64,000 nt of DNA from Amoebidium appalachense (lineage: Eukaryota; Protista; Ichthyosporea), in assembly GCA_963693365.1 (NCBI GenBank), contig CAVNZM010000001.1, positions 928,054-992,053 of the forward strand, written 5' to 3'. Positions 45,601 to 59,000 of this stretch are shown here, in pieces. The notes under the pieces are model-generated. The model had not been told where the DNA came from. It searched no databases and saw only the letters and a program-made list of their open reading frames with translations. Position 1 is the first letter of the stretch. Each line of letters starts with the position of its first letter. Made by a program: the position numbers and the translations under genes.

Positions 45601-47012
45601 GCGGTCGAAGAGGAATGACGGAGTGGAGGCATCATCAAATCACCCTTGATGTATCGGCAGCAGCTTGGGATGTTGAAATGAGGAAGGCTTGGCCAGAGGG
45701 GTGTAGTAGGCTCAATGGTAAGGGTGGCAGTCCATGCGGTGGTGGTGTTATGACGAGATGGCCGGTGTGGGTGGCAAGAGGGGGCCATTGAAGGCAGCAA
45801 CGGCGGGGAGTGGTGTGGAAGGGGAGTGAGGTCATGGAGAACTCACGGATGGGGCAGACAGTCATGTTGCACCCGGAATCCCAGGCAGGGTCGGAGGACA
45901 CGGGGACGGAGCTAGCATTGTATGCCGAGAAAGCAAAGGAGACAGATTTCTCACTGCCTTGACGGGAACGGTTGTGTCTGGACATACGGCATTTCGGCTC
46001 GGGGCAATCGATGATCTTGTGATCAGGCTCGTGGTAGTAGGAGCATGCATTCACGGACGGGTTGTTAGAATGAGCCGGGGAATCAGAACGACGGGAACCC
46101 GAGAAAGTTTCGGGAACGACTGGGGGAACGAGACGTGGACCGGAAGGCAGGCCGGTGGGGGGAACGGGATCGGGTGTGCTGACGGGAGAGACGAGTTCGG
46201 AGGTCCGGGCCAGCAGTACGGTCAAGTCGGTTGCGTAAGTCACGGCGAGGAAGATCACGGGGGGGAGCACTGGCATTTAATGCCATGCTGGACTTGGAGG
46301 CACGGTGGGCACGGTTGCTCCGGAGTTGCATCTTGAGGTCTTGACGTAGCTCGATGCCCTTGACGTGGTTGTGGAGGGACTCGAAGTCGGGGAATAGCTT
46401 ATCACCGAAGTGATAGTCTTCGATAAGACGGTTGAACTTAGGGGTAAGGTCGTCTCTGGTGGTGAGTTCGTTGAAGAACTTCTCAGCTAGACGAGTGAAG
46501 TGAATGGACTCATCTTGGAGGGACTGGAGCTGGTTCACGATGGTCTGCAGACGACTCAGGTAGGTGGTGAATGATTCACCGGGCTGAAGGGCACAGGCAT
46601 CCCACTGACGGTGAAGGATGCGGATCTGATCGGGTTTGCCTTGGAGGTAGTGTTGACGGAATTTCCACATGGCCCGTTCAGGGTCCATGCCAATACGGTA
46701 CTGGGCAACGGTGGTGAGTACGGAAGGGTCGATGTTCTGAATCATATGGAGCAGGAGGCAATTGCGGGCCTCCTTGAGTTCCGCGGTAGTGCCGTAGCCG
46801 TAGAAGGGGGGTTCACCGTCAACCGCGACGGTGGTAGGGGGGACGTATTTGTGAGCAAGTACAACATCCACGAGTCGGACACCTTTAGTGCCGGTCATCA
46901 TGCCGAGAAAAATGATTTCCCATTGAAAATAGGTGGTTTTGCTATCGGGACCAGTCTTCCCTTCACCTTTCCACATGGTTATTTTGTTTACACCAGTTTT
47001 GTTTGGATCCAT
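42648..47012 (-). pseudogene. Copia A gag-pol of element i, with many indels in 44300-46200
   Basis: Collinear with elements ii and iii; RT/RNaseH open from 44552 to 42648. Confidence 0.85.
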
Positions 47013-47367
47013 GATTGAAAAACGATCGCTAGTTCTGGATGCGTGTAGGGAGCGTGCAAAAGGGCTGGATAACCTGTTAAATTATATAAGTATTTGGGAT
47101 GAAAGCAGAGACACAGTGGTGCAGTGTAAAAACACCACAGACACGCACAACAACAAAACAGAGAGACAGACACAACAGACACAAAGACACGACGAGAACC
47201 ACTCGAAAAAACCGACCCTAAGTCCAACCAAAGACCGACCAGAACACCAAAAAACCAAAAGAAAACCCAAAAAAACACACACAAAACAACCTATACAATC
47301 AAGACAGAAAAATAACATAAACCCGGCAAAAAAAATAAAAAAAAGAAGCTACCACATGCATTCTAAG

Positions 47368-50300
47368 TGTTAAATTGTATAAGTATTTTGGGATGAAAGC
47401 AGAGACACAGTGGTGCAGTGTGAAAACACCACAGACACACAACAACAAAACACGGAAGGATCGGAGAAGTGTACACAACAGACATCAATGTTTAGACACG
47501 ACTGAACTCAATTTATTTTGATCGCTAATAAATACCTGAAATTCCCTTAAGTTAAATCCATACATGATTTCCGACCAGTCGGAAATCAGATCTATGTCTA
47601 AAATAACCAATCACAATTAACTGATTATTTCCCGGATAGATCCGGAGACACAGGAACGCACACCATAGGTCACAGCTATAAGAAAGAAAAGAGGTGAAGA
47701 GTAACGAGGAAAGAGGTGATGTTTCTAACCTATCATCGGCTACAAAGACTCAGACATTTTCTGACTAAGTCCACTGATTGGATATAGTACGGCAACACAC
47801 AAAACAAAAGTGTTTGACTAAGCTATGAATCATACCTGACAAGCTAAAGTGTAGCCTAAGTGTTTTTCTACCAATCAAAACATAACGAGTAATATAAATC
47901 TACTCAACGTATATTAGTGAGAGAGAAATATAATTATGTGAAAGGAAACAAGAGAAGAAAGAAAGAGAAAAGAAAGAAGAAGAAAGAGGAAAAAAGAAAA
48001 GAAAGCAGGACAGAAAACACGAACAGCAAAACACAGTTATAACCGAAGATATTCATGTACACATAACATGTACACGTTTCTCCCTCACTGGGTAGACTCG
48101 TGTACCTATAATCAGTTGCTGTAATCGATATCTAAACACACGAATATAGCCGACACAACACGATTACAAGTACTCAAATACACTGGAGATCGATGTCATA
48201 ATTTACGTACAAGGAGCACATCTTTTTCATTAAGTAAATGAATGAAAACATAACACGAACTGAGAAGATCTTACAATATGTAAATACTACGTATTATAAC
48301 ATCCCCACTTAAGACTTTGAAGTTTGTGTTATCATATCCCCACTGAACTAGTGAAATCTCCCCACTTGAGAACAGAAACGGAAAAAAAAATTAAAGTTTG
48401 GACTTTTCCTGGGGGGGGGGGGGGGGGGGGGGAGAAGGGGGGGGGAAGGGGGGGGGGGAGGGAGGGGGGCAAAAAAAAACAACAAATATATATAACGTGT
48501 ATAGTCGGGGTTTGTTTAACTGGGTTTTAAACCAGTGAAAGATAGAGTAGAGTGATGGTACAGGTCAAACCTTATATATAAACCCTAAGTGGGCATACCC
48601 ACAAAGGCAATACATATGAAATAATGATTATGATAAAGTAAGTAGTAAACATTAGAAAATCACTCTTGAAGTAGGTCGGGTCAATCCACAATATCCGGTA
48701 AACAAAGTCGAGCACGATGGTGGACATGACTCGGGCCGGGGAGGGGTTTGGTGAGGATGTCAGCTAAGTTGTGGGCTGACTCAACGTAGTGGACAACCAC
48801 GTCCCCACTGGCAATGTAGTCCTTGGTGTTGTGATACCGGACGGCAATGTGTTTGGTACGGTGCTTGATGCCGGTGGAGTTGACGATGGCAATGGTCGAC
48901 TGGTTGTCACAGTACACCGGAGTCGGAGCAAGCATGGGACAGCCGAGTTCCTTGAAGAGGTCACGGACCCAAGCAACTTCTTGGGTGCCAGCATTGAGAG
49001 CAATCAGCTCAGCTTCAGTGGTGCTGGTGGCCGTGATGGGCTGGAGCTTGGAGTACCAGATGATGGGCATACCAGCAAACACGATAATGTAGCCGGTGGT
49101 AGACTTCTTGCTGTCGGCACAACCAGCAAAGTCAGCATCCGTGTAGCATTCGAGTATGGGGGACTGGGTGGCCGAGTACTTGTAGTCAATGCCAAGGTCA
49201 ATGGTGCCGAGCAGGTACCGGGCCACACGACGGAGAAGGTCCCAGTGAGTCTTGCCGGGGTTGGTGCTGAACCGACCAAGGAAGCCGATGGCATAGGCAA
49301 TGTCGGGACGTGTGCACCGTGCCACCCAGAGGAGACGGCCGAGTAACTCACGGTAGGGTACGGTGAACGGTTGGGGGGGGCAATCAGCCAGGGAGACGGT
49401 GGTGCCTGCAGGGATGGGGGTAGACTTGGACTTGGCATCGGTGAGGTTGAAGTCGTGGATGATATCCATGATGTAAGACCTCTGGTGCATGTGGAGGTGA
49501 TGGGGATCAGAGTGATTAAAATCAACACCGAGCATACGGTCAAATGGACTCATACGACAGCTGGCCATCTTGCTGATGTGGGCAGCCAGGTCACTGGCAG
49601 CAGTAGAACCCCGGGTGTTGGTGATGGTGGAGTCGTCGACGTAGTTACCAGCCCGAACCACATCGTTGTTGGGGAAGAACCGGAGGTAGATGCACGGGTC
49701 GGTCTTAGTACGGGTCAGGCCATGGGCAAGAAGAATGCCGTCGAGGAAGTCGTACCAAGCCTTGGAGGCTTGCTTGAGGCCGTACAGGGCTTTCTTGAGT
49801 CTCCAGACCTTGCCAAGTGTGGCCATGGTGATGAATCCCGGGGGTTGTTTCATGTAGATGGTCTCGGTGAGTGGGCTGTTGAGAAAGGCCGTAGACACGT
49901 CGAGTTGATGGATGTCATGGCCTTCAACAACGGCCAGAGCTAGGATGGCACGGAGAGCAGCCGGACGGATGACAGGGCTCTCAATCAACTCATAGTCAAC
50001 ACCGTATTGCTGACTGAAACCTTGAGCAACACCACGTGCCTTGATCTTGGTGTCACCAGCCGAGTTGAGAGTTTTCTCGGAGACAATCCACTTGAAGCCG
50101 ACGATGTTAGCACCAGGGGGAGGGTCAACAAGTTCAAAGATGTCTTTGTCGACGAAGGCTTGATATTCAGCAGTCAGGGCTGACTTGACCTGGTCACCAT
50201 TGGGTCCGGAACACAGTTGACGGACAAGTTTGGGTAGTTGGTCGATGTTGATGGGGGGGCCGGGGGGGACTGGGAGGGTGGTGGTGGCTTGAAGTCCAAC

Positions 50301-53300
50301 CTTGCCCTGTAGACGGGCAGAACGACGGGGTGCAGGAACCGGGGTAGGTGGAGACGGTGGGGGGGGAACTTGGAAGTTCGGAAGTGCAGGGGGGGCAACC
50401 TCCGGGCTGGACGGGGCCGAGTGGAAGTTGTCGGGGGAGCCGGGGCGGATGGGTGTGACGTTGCCAGGGGCAGGATGAGGGTCGGCAGGCTGGACGGGCA
50501 CGGGGGCAGGGGGGCCGGTGGGGGGGGGTGTCGGGGGGAACTACAATGGCAGGAGGGGGGCCAGAGTACACCAGACAAACATCATCTTCAGTGTCAAGTG
50601 TGGGGGGTGGGGTGGTCGAGGTAGCAGTGGTGTCGGGGGTCGGAAATGTTGATGGAATGTCGGACGGGAGATAAGCTGATTCGTCGAAAATCACATCACG
50701 GAAGAGGCCGACACGATGGGTGGTGGGATTGAAGATCCGGTGGCAGTGTGATTGAAGATCATAGCCGATATACATGCCGAGGTTGACGGTGGGGGCCAGC
50801 TTGTTCCGTTTAGAAGCTGGCACGTGAGTGTAGGCAGGGCAACCGAACACTTTGAGCTCGGAGATGTCGGGCTTGACACCGTAGAAAACCTCGAATGGTG
50901 TATGACCATTGGCAGTCGTGGACGGGGTGACGTTGATGATGTAGGCGGCATGTTGGAGGGCCTCAGCCCACAGTTTGGGGGACAGAGACTGATCTTGGAC
51001 TTGATGGAGGAGGCAACGGACAATCTCTTGGAGGAACCGCATACGACGTTCAACATAGCCGTTCAGTTGAGGGCAGTCCACCGGAGCATAGCTGGCCTTG
51101 ATGCCCTGGGAGAGGCAAAAAGCACGGGTAGCCTTGGAGGTGAACTCAGAGCCGGAGTCGAAGTGGTAAATACCAACTTTGGAGGGGGCATGGGTGGCAA
51201 CGAGGTTGGTGTGAGCTGTGAGAATGTCCAGGGTGGTGGTACGGTCGGCCATCGGGTAGATCTTGACGAGGCCAGAGGCACGGCAGACAGTAACGAGAGC
51301 AACCTTGGAACCTCCGTACGATGTTGTGGTAGGCTCAAAAAAATCCCAATGCCATTCATGACCGGGGATGTTGGAGTGAGGACGGTCACCCTTGAACGGA
51401 GCCTTGGTGGTTTTACCCATAATGCAGCCATGACAATCAGGAACATCACAGTCGAGGACAGAGGAGGGGAGACCAATAACAAGGTCGTGTTTCACCATGT
51501 CCTTGATGCTGGTCATAGCACGGTGCCCCAGACGATGGTGCCAGATGGATGGGTTAACACTGGTAGTGGCAGCCAGAGCCACAGGACGAGTGGGTGGTTG
51601 AATGGTGTAGTCCTTGAAGTAATACAGACCGTTGTGTAGACGGAGGTTGACGAGATGACGGCCGGTAAGTCGGTCGAAGAGGAATGACGGAGTGGAGGCA
51701 TCGTTCAAATCACCCTTGATGTATTCGGCAGCAGCTTGGGATGTTGAAATGAGGAAGGCTTGGCCAGACGGAGTGTAGTAGGCTTCAATGGTAAGGGTGG
51801 CAGTGCCATGGTCGGTGGTGGTGTTGATGACGATATGGCCAGTGTGAGTGGCCAAGACGGGGGTGCCATTGAAGGCAGCAACGGGAGTCGGTGTCGGAAG
51901 GGGAGTGAGATCATGGAAGAACTCACGGGTGGGGCAGACAGTCATGTTGCACCCGGAATCCCAGGCAGGGTCGGAGGACACGGGGACGGAGCTAGCATTG
52001 TATGCCGAGAAAGCAAAGGAGACAGATTTCTCACTGCCTTGACGGGAACGGTTGTGTCTGGACATACGGCATTTCGGCTCAGGGCAATCGATGATCGTGT
52101 GATCAGGCTCGTGGCAGTAGGAGCATGCTTTCACGGACGGGGTGTTAGAACGAGCCGGGGAATCAGAACGACGGGAACCCGAGAAACGGGAACGGCTGGG
52201 GGAACGAGACGTGGACCGGAAGGCAGGCCGGTGGGGGGAACGGGAGCGGGTGTGCTGACGGGAGAGACGAGTTCGGAGGTCCGTACCGGGGGTACGGTCA
52301 AGTCGGTTGCGTAAGTCACGGCGAGGAAGATCACGGGGGGGAGCACTGGCATTTAATGCCATGCTGGACTTGGGGGCACGGTGGGCACGGTTGCTCCGGA
52401 GTTGCATCTTGAGGTCTTGACGTAACTCGATGCCCTTGACGTGGTTGTGGAGGGACTCGAAGTCGGGGAATAGCTTATCACCGAAGTGATAGTCTTCGAT
52501 AAGGCGGTTGAACTCAGGGGTGAGGTCGTCTCTGGTGGTGAGTTCATTGAAGAACTTCTCAGCTAGACGAGTGAAGTGAATGGACTCATCTTGGAGGGAC
52601 TGGAGCTGGTTCACGATGGTCTGCAGACGGCTCAGGTAGGTGGTGAATGATTCACCGGGCTGAAGGGCACAGGCATCCCACTGACGGTGAAGGATGCGGA
52701 TCTGATCGGGTTTGCCTTGGAGATAGTGTTGACGGAATTTCCACATGGCCCGTTCAGGGTCCATGCCAATACGGTACTGGGCAACGGTGGTGAGGACGGA
52801 AGGGTCGATGTTCTGTATCATATGGAGCAGGAGGCAATTGCGGGCCTCCTTGAGTTCCGCGGTAGTGCCGTAGCCATAGAAGGGGGGTTCACCGTCAACC
52901 GCGACGGTGGTAGGGGGGACGTAGTTGTCAGCAAGTACAACATCCACGAGTCGGACACCTTTAGTGCCGGTCATCATGCCGAGAAAAATGATTTCCCATT
53001 GAAAATAGGTGGTTTTGCTATCGGGACCAGTCTTCCCTTCACCTTTCCACATGGTGATTTTGTTTACGCCAGTTTTGTTTGGATCCATGATTGAAAAACG
53101 AGCGCGAGTTCTAGATGTGTGTAGGGAGCGTGCAAAAGGGCTGCATAACCTGTTAAATTGTATAAGTATTTTGGGATGAAAGCAGAGACACAGTGGTGCA
53201 GTGTGAAAACACCACAGACACACAACAACAAAACACGGAAGGATCGGAGAAGTGTACACAACAGACATCAATGTTTAGACACGACTGAACTCAATTTATT

Positions 53301-54084
53301 TTGATCGCTAATAAATACCTGAAATTCCCTTAAGTTAAATCCATACATGATTTCCGACCAGTCGGAAATCAGATCTATGTCTAAAATAACCAATCACAAT
53401 TAACTGATTATTTCCCGGATAGATCCGGAGACACAGGAACGCACACCATAGGTCACAGCTATAAGAAAGAAAAGAGGTGAAGAGTAACGAGGAAAGAGGT
53501 GATGTTTCTAACCTATCATCGGCTACAAAGACTCAGACATTTTCTGACTAAGTCCACTGATTGGATATAGTACGGCAACACACAAAACAAAAGTGTTTGA
53601 CTAAGCTATGAATCATACCTGACAAGCTAAAGTGTAGCCTAAGTGTTTTTCTACCAATCAAAACATAACGAGTAATATAAATCTACTCAACGTATATTAG
53701 TGAGAGAGAAATATAATTATGTGAAAGGAAACAAGAGAAGAAAGAAAGAGAAAAGAAAGAAGAAGAAAGAGGAAAAAAGAAAAGAAAGCAGGACAGAAAA
53801 CACGAACAGCAAAACACAGTTATAACCGAAGATATTCATGTACACATAACATGTACACGTTTCTCCCTCACTGGGTAGACTCGTGTACCTATAATCAGTT
53901 GCTGCAATCGATATCTAAACACACGAATATAGCCGACACAACACGATTACAAGTACTCAAATACACTGGAGATCGATGTCATAATTTACGTACAAGGAGC
54001 ACATCTTTTTCATTAAGTAAATGAATGAAAACATAACACGAACTGAGAAGATCTTACAATATGTAAATACTACGTATTATAACA
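47368..54084 (-). mobile_element. Copia A element ii with A2 LTRs (47368-48301, 53151-54084), TSD CTAAG, inserted in the 5' LTR of element i
   Basis: CTAAG on both sides; 934-bp near-identical LTRs; PBS; PPT AAGTGGGGA. Confidence 0.93.
48681..53088 (-). CDS. Copia gag-PR-IN-RT-RNaseH with a single +1 offset near 50530
   Basis: CSYCHEPDHTIIDC, WDSGC, WHHRLGH, WDFF...FDSGSEF...VERR, YGLKQA, YVDD, YTDADFA, ADILTK. Confidence 0.9.
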
Positions 54085-56051
54085 CTAAGTGTAGCCTAAG
54101 TGTGTTACCGTCCAATGAACACGTATTAAGTAACACAAATCTACCTAACATATATTAGTAGAAAAGAAATACGATTATACACATGAAGACAAGGAGAGAA
54201 AGAAAAGAAAATAAGGAAGGAGAAAGAGAAAGGAAAAGAGAGCACAGATCAACAAACAAGATAGTAACAGCATAACTATAACCAGAGATATTTATGTACA
54301 CACGAACATGTACACGTCTCTCCCTGAGTGGGTGGATCCGTGTACACACATATAATTATTCTAATCGATATTACAACACACGCTTAAGGCCGATACAACA
54401 CGATTACAAGTATACAAGCATATCGGAGATCGATGCTACACTTTACATAATGTGGAGTGTGGCATATACACTAAGCATATGAACTGAAACATAACACAGA
54501 CTGAGAAGATCTTACCATATGTAAATACTACGTATTACAACAGTAAATACTACGTATTACAACACAACTCCTGCTTGTACTGCCGTGAACCTGGCCACCA
54601 GATTACCGACTGCCCTGAACCTGGCTGCCGTGTTGCCAGAAACGCCCGCAACACCAACAAGTCCGTCTCCTTTGCCTTCTCAGCTTACAATGTCAGCTCA
54701 GTCCCCGTGTCGTCCGACCCGGCCTGGGATTCCGGTTGCAACATGACTGTTTGCCCCCACCGTGAGTTCTTCCAGGACCTCACCCCCCTCCCAGCCCCTA
54801 CCCCAGTTGCTGCCTTCAACGGTATCCCCGTCTTGGCTACCCACCAGGGCCATATCACCCTCAACACCATAACCATCCACGGCACCAACACCCTCACCAT
54901 TGAGGCCTACTACACACCGTCCGGTCAGGCCTTCCTCATCTCCACATCTCAGGCTGCTGCTGAATACATCAAGGGTGACCTCAACGATGCCTCCACCCCG
55001 TCGTTCTTATTTGACCGACACACCGGCCGTCACCTCGTCAACCTCCGTCTGTACAATGGTCTGTACTACTTCACAGACTACACCATTAAACCCCAGCCAG
55101 TCCAGTAGATCTGGCTGCCACCACCAGTGTTCATCCCTCCATCTGGCATTATCGTCTCGGACACCGTGCCATGACCGGCATCAAGGAGATGATCACCAAG
55201 GACCTCGTCATTGGCCTCCCCGACTCCGTACTTCACTGTGCCGTCCCTGATTGCCATGGCTGCATGATGGGCAAAACTACCAAGGCTCCATTCAAGGGTG
55301 ACCGTCCTCACTCTGCTGTCCCCGGCTATGAGTGGCACTGGGACTTCTTTGAGCCTTCCACCACGTCGTACGGAGGTTCCAAGGTTGCTCTCGTTACCGT
55401 GTGCCGTGCCTCTGGTCTCGTGAAGATCTACCCCATGGCTGACCGTTCATCTACCCTGGATGTCATCAAGTCCCACACCCACCTTGTGTCCAATCATGCC
55501 TCTTCCACCGTGGGTGTCTACCACTTTGACTCCGGTTCCGAGTTCACCTCTCAGGCTACCCGGGTTTTCTGCTCCTCCCAGGGCATCAAGGCCAGCTATG
55601 CTCCAGTGGACTGTCCCCAGCTCAATGGTTACGTCGAACGTCGTATGCGCTCCCTTCAAGAGATAGTCCGTTGCCTGCTGCACCAAGTACCCGACCAGTC
55701 TCTGTCCCCCAAATGTGGGCTGAGGCTCTGCAACATGCTGCCTACATCGCAATGTCACCCCGTCCTCGGCTGCCAATGGTCGTACTCCGTTCGAAGTATT
55801 TTACGGTGTCAAGCCCGACATCTCCGAGCTCAAGGTGTTCGGCTGCCCAGCCTACACTCATGTCCCGGCTGCCAAACGTAACAAGCTGCAACCAACCGTC
55901 AAGCTCGGCATGTACATCGGCTATGATCTACAATCACATTGCCACCGGATCTTCAACTTCACCACTCACCGAGTGGGTCTTTTCCGTGACGTGATTTTCG
56001 ACGAATCAAATTACGTTCCCCCCTAGTAACCCCCGGGCCATCTGCCCCCGT

Positions 56052-59000
56052 TGTTAATTTCTATAAGTATTTTGGGATGAAAGCAGAGACACAGTGGTGC
56101 AGTGTGAAAACACCACAGACACACACAACAACAAAACACGGAACGATCGGAGCAGTGTACACAACAGACATCAATGTTTAGACACGACTGAACTGAATTT
56201 ATTCTGATCTTCGAATAAATACCTGAAATTCCTCTAAGTCCAATCCATACATGATTTCCGACCAGTCGGAAATCAGATCCATCTCTAATAGAAACCAATC
56301 ACTAAGAACCAATTGCTTTCAGAGAGATCCGGTACGCGGAGGCGTACACGATAGGACACAGACACTAGTTAAGATCAACTCGTGTCATCATCAAGGAAGT
56401 TCTAACCTATGACATACTGCAAAGACTCAGACATATCACACTTAACCTTGATGATTGGTTAAAGCCCGGCAACACATGAAAACTAAAGTGAATTAATGAA
56501 GTCTAAACACACATGCTATTCTAAGTGTAGCCTAAGTGTGTTACCGTCCAATGAACACGTATTAAGTAACACAAATCTACCTAACATATATTAGTAGAAA
56601 AGAAATACGATTATACACATGAAGACAAGGAGAGAAAGAAAAGAAAATAAGGAAGGAGAAAGAGGAAGGAAAAGAGAGCACAGATCAACAAACAAGATAG
56701 TAATAGCATAACTATAACCAGAGATATTTATGTACACACGAACATGTACACGTCTCTCCCTGAGTGGGTGGATCCGTGTACACACATATAAATATTCTAA
56801 TCGATATTACAATACACGATTAAAGCCGATACAACACGATTACAAGTATACAAGCATATCGGAGATCGATGCTACACTTTACATAATAGGAGTGTGGCAT
56901 TTACACTAAGCATATGAACTGAAACATAACACAAACTGAGAAGATCTTACCATATGTAAATACTACGTATTACAACATCCCCACTTAAGACTTTGAAGTT
57001 TGTGTTATCATATCCCCACTGAACTAGTGAAATCTCCCCACTTGAGAACAGAAACGGAAAAAAAAAAATTAAAGTGTGTACTTTTCCCGGGGGGGGGGGG
57101 GGGGGGGAGAAGGGGGGGGGGGGGGGGGAGAAGGGGGGGGGGAGGGGGGGGGAGGGGGGGAAGGGGGGGGGGAAGGGGGGGGGGGGAGGGGGGGAAGGAA
57201 CCGGGGCAAAAACAACGAATATATATAACGTGTATAGGCGGTGTTTGATTAACTGGGTTTTAAACCAGTGAAAGATAGAGTAGAGTGATGGTACAGGTCA
57301 AACCTTATATATAAACCCTAAGTGGGCATACCCACAAAGGCAATACATATGATATAATGATGTTGATAAAGTAAGTAGTACACATGAGAAAATCACGCTT
57401 GAAGTAGGTCGGGTCAATCCACAATATCCGGTAAACAAAGTCGAGCACGATGGTGGACATGACTCGGGCCGGGGAGGGGTTTGGTGAGTATGTCAGCTAA
57501 GTTGTGGGCTGACTCAACGTAGTGGACAACCACGTCCCCACTGGCAATGTAGTCCTTGGTGTTGTGATACCGGACGGCAATGTGTTTGGTACGGTGCTTG
57601 ATGCCGGTGGAGTTGACGATGGCAATGGTCGACTGGTTGTCACAGTACACCGGAGTCGGAGCAAGCATGGGACAGCCGAGTTCCTTGAAGAGGTCACGGA
57701 CCCAAGCAACTTCTTGGGTGCCAGCATTGAGAGCAATCAGCTCAGCTTCAGTGGTGCTGGTGGCCGTGATGGGCTGGAGCTTGGAGTACCAGATGGCGGG
57801 CATACCAGCAAACACGATAATGTAGCCGGTGGTAGACTTCTTGCTGTCGGCACAACCAGCAAAGTCAGCATCCGTGTAGCATTCGAGTATGGGGGACTGG
57901 GTGGCCGAGTACTTGTAGTCAATGCCAAGGGCAATGGTGCCGAGCAGGTACCGGGCCACACGACGGAGAAGGTCCCAGTGAGTCTTGCCGGGGTTGGTGC
58001 TGAACCGACCAAGGAAGCCGATGGCATAGGCAATGTCGGGACGTGTGCACCGTGCCACCCAGAGGAGACGGCCGAGTAACTCACGGTAGGGCACGGTGAA
58101 CGGTTGGGGGGGGCAATCAGCCAGGGAGACGGTGGTGCCTGCAGGGATGGGGGTAGACTTGGACTTGGCATCGGTGAGGTTGAAGTCGTGGATGATATCC
58201 ATGATGTAAGACCTCTGGTGCATGTGGAGGTGATGGGGATCAGAGTGATTAAAATCAACACCGAGCATACGGTCAAATGGACTCATACGACAGCTGGCCA
58301 TCTTGCTGATGTGGGCAGCCAGGTCACTGGCAGCAGTAGAACCCCGGGTGTTGGTGATGGTGGAGTCATCGACGTAGTTACCAGCCCGTACCACATCGTT
58401 GTTGGGGAAGAACCGGAGGTAGATGCACGGGTCGGTCTTAGTACGGGTCAGGCCATGGGCAAGAAGAATGCCGTCGAGGAAGTCGTACCAAGCCTTGGAG
58501 GCTTGCTTGAGGCCGTACAGGGCTTTCTTGAGTCTCCAGACCTTGCCAAGTGTGGCCATGGTGATGAATCCCGGGGGTTGTTTCATGTAGATGGTCTCGG
58601 TGAGTGGGCTGTTGAGAAAGGCCGTAGACACGTCGAGTTGATGTATGTCATGACCTTCAACAACGGCCAGAGCTAGGATGGCACGGAGAGCAGCCGGACG
58701 GATGACAGGGCTCTCAATCAACTCATAGTCAACACCGTATTGCTGACTGAAGCCTTGAGCAACACCACGTGCCTTGATCTTGGTGTCACCAGCCGAGTTG
58801 AGAGTTTTCTCGGAGACAATCCACTTGAAGCCGACGATGTTAGCACCAGGGGGAGGGTCAACAAGTTCAAAGATGTCTTTGTCGACGAAGGCTTGATACT
58901 CAGCAGTCAGGGCTGACTTGACCTGATCACCATTGGGTCCGGAACAGAGTTGACGGACAAGTTTGGGTAGTTGGTCGATGTTGATGGGGGGACCGGGGGG

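Larger units (their letters stand above)
41264..54564 (-). mobile_element. Copia A element i (A1 LTRs: 41264-42211; 47075-47367 plus 54090-54564), TSD CAACT
   Basis: CAACT at 41259-41263 and 54565-54569; both LTRs carry the same 22-bp terminal duplication. Confidence 0.88.

Noticed and set aside
44600-47360. Dense indels in element i as targeted mutagenesis or RIP
   Set aside because: Mostly small deletions rather than C-to-T transitions; looks like low-coverage consensus error, and CpG/CpA sites remain abundant.
50752-51639. Long antisense ORFs over copia pol (295, 185, 190 aa)
   Set aside because: Expected shadow ORFs from C-rich third codon positions; no recognisable domain.
53089-53271. 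N-terminal extension of the 1025-aa ORF
   Set aside because: It runs through the LTR and PBS and is absent in other copies; the real start is MDPNK at 53088.
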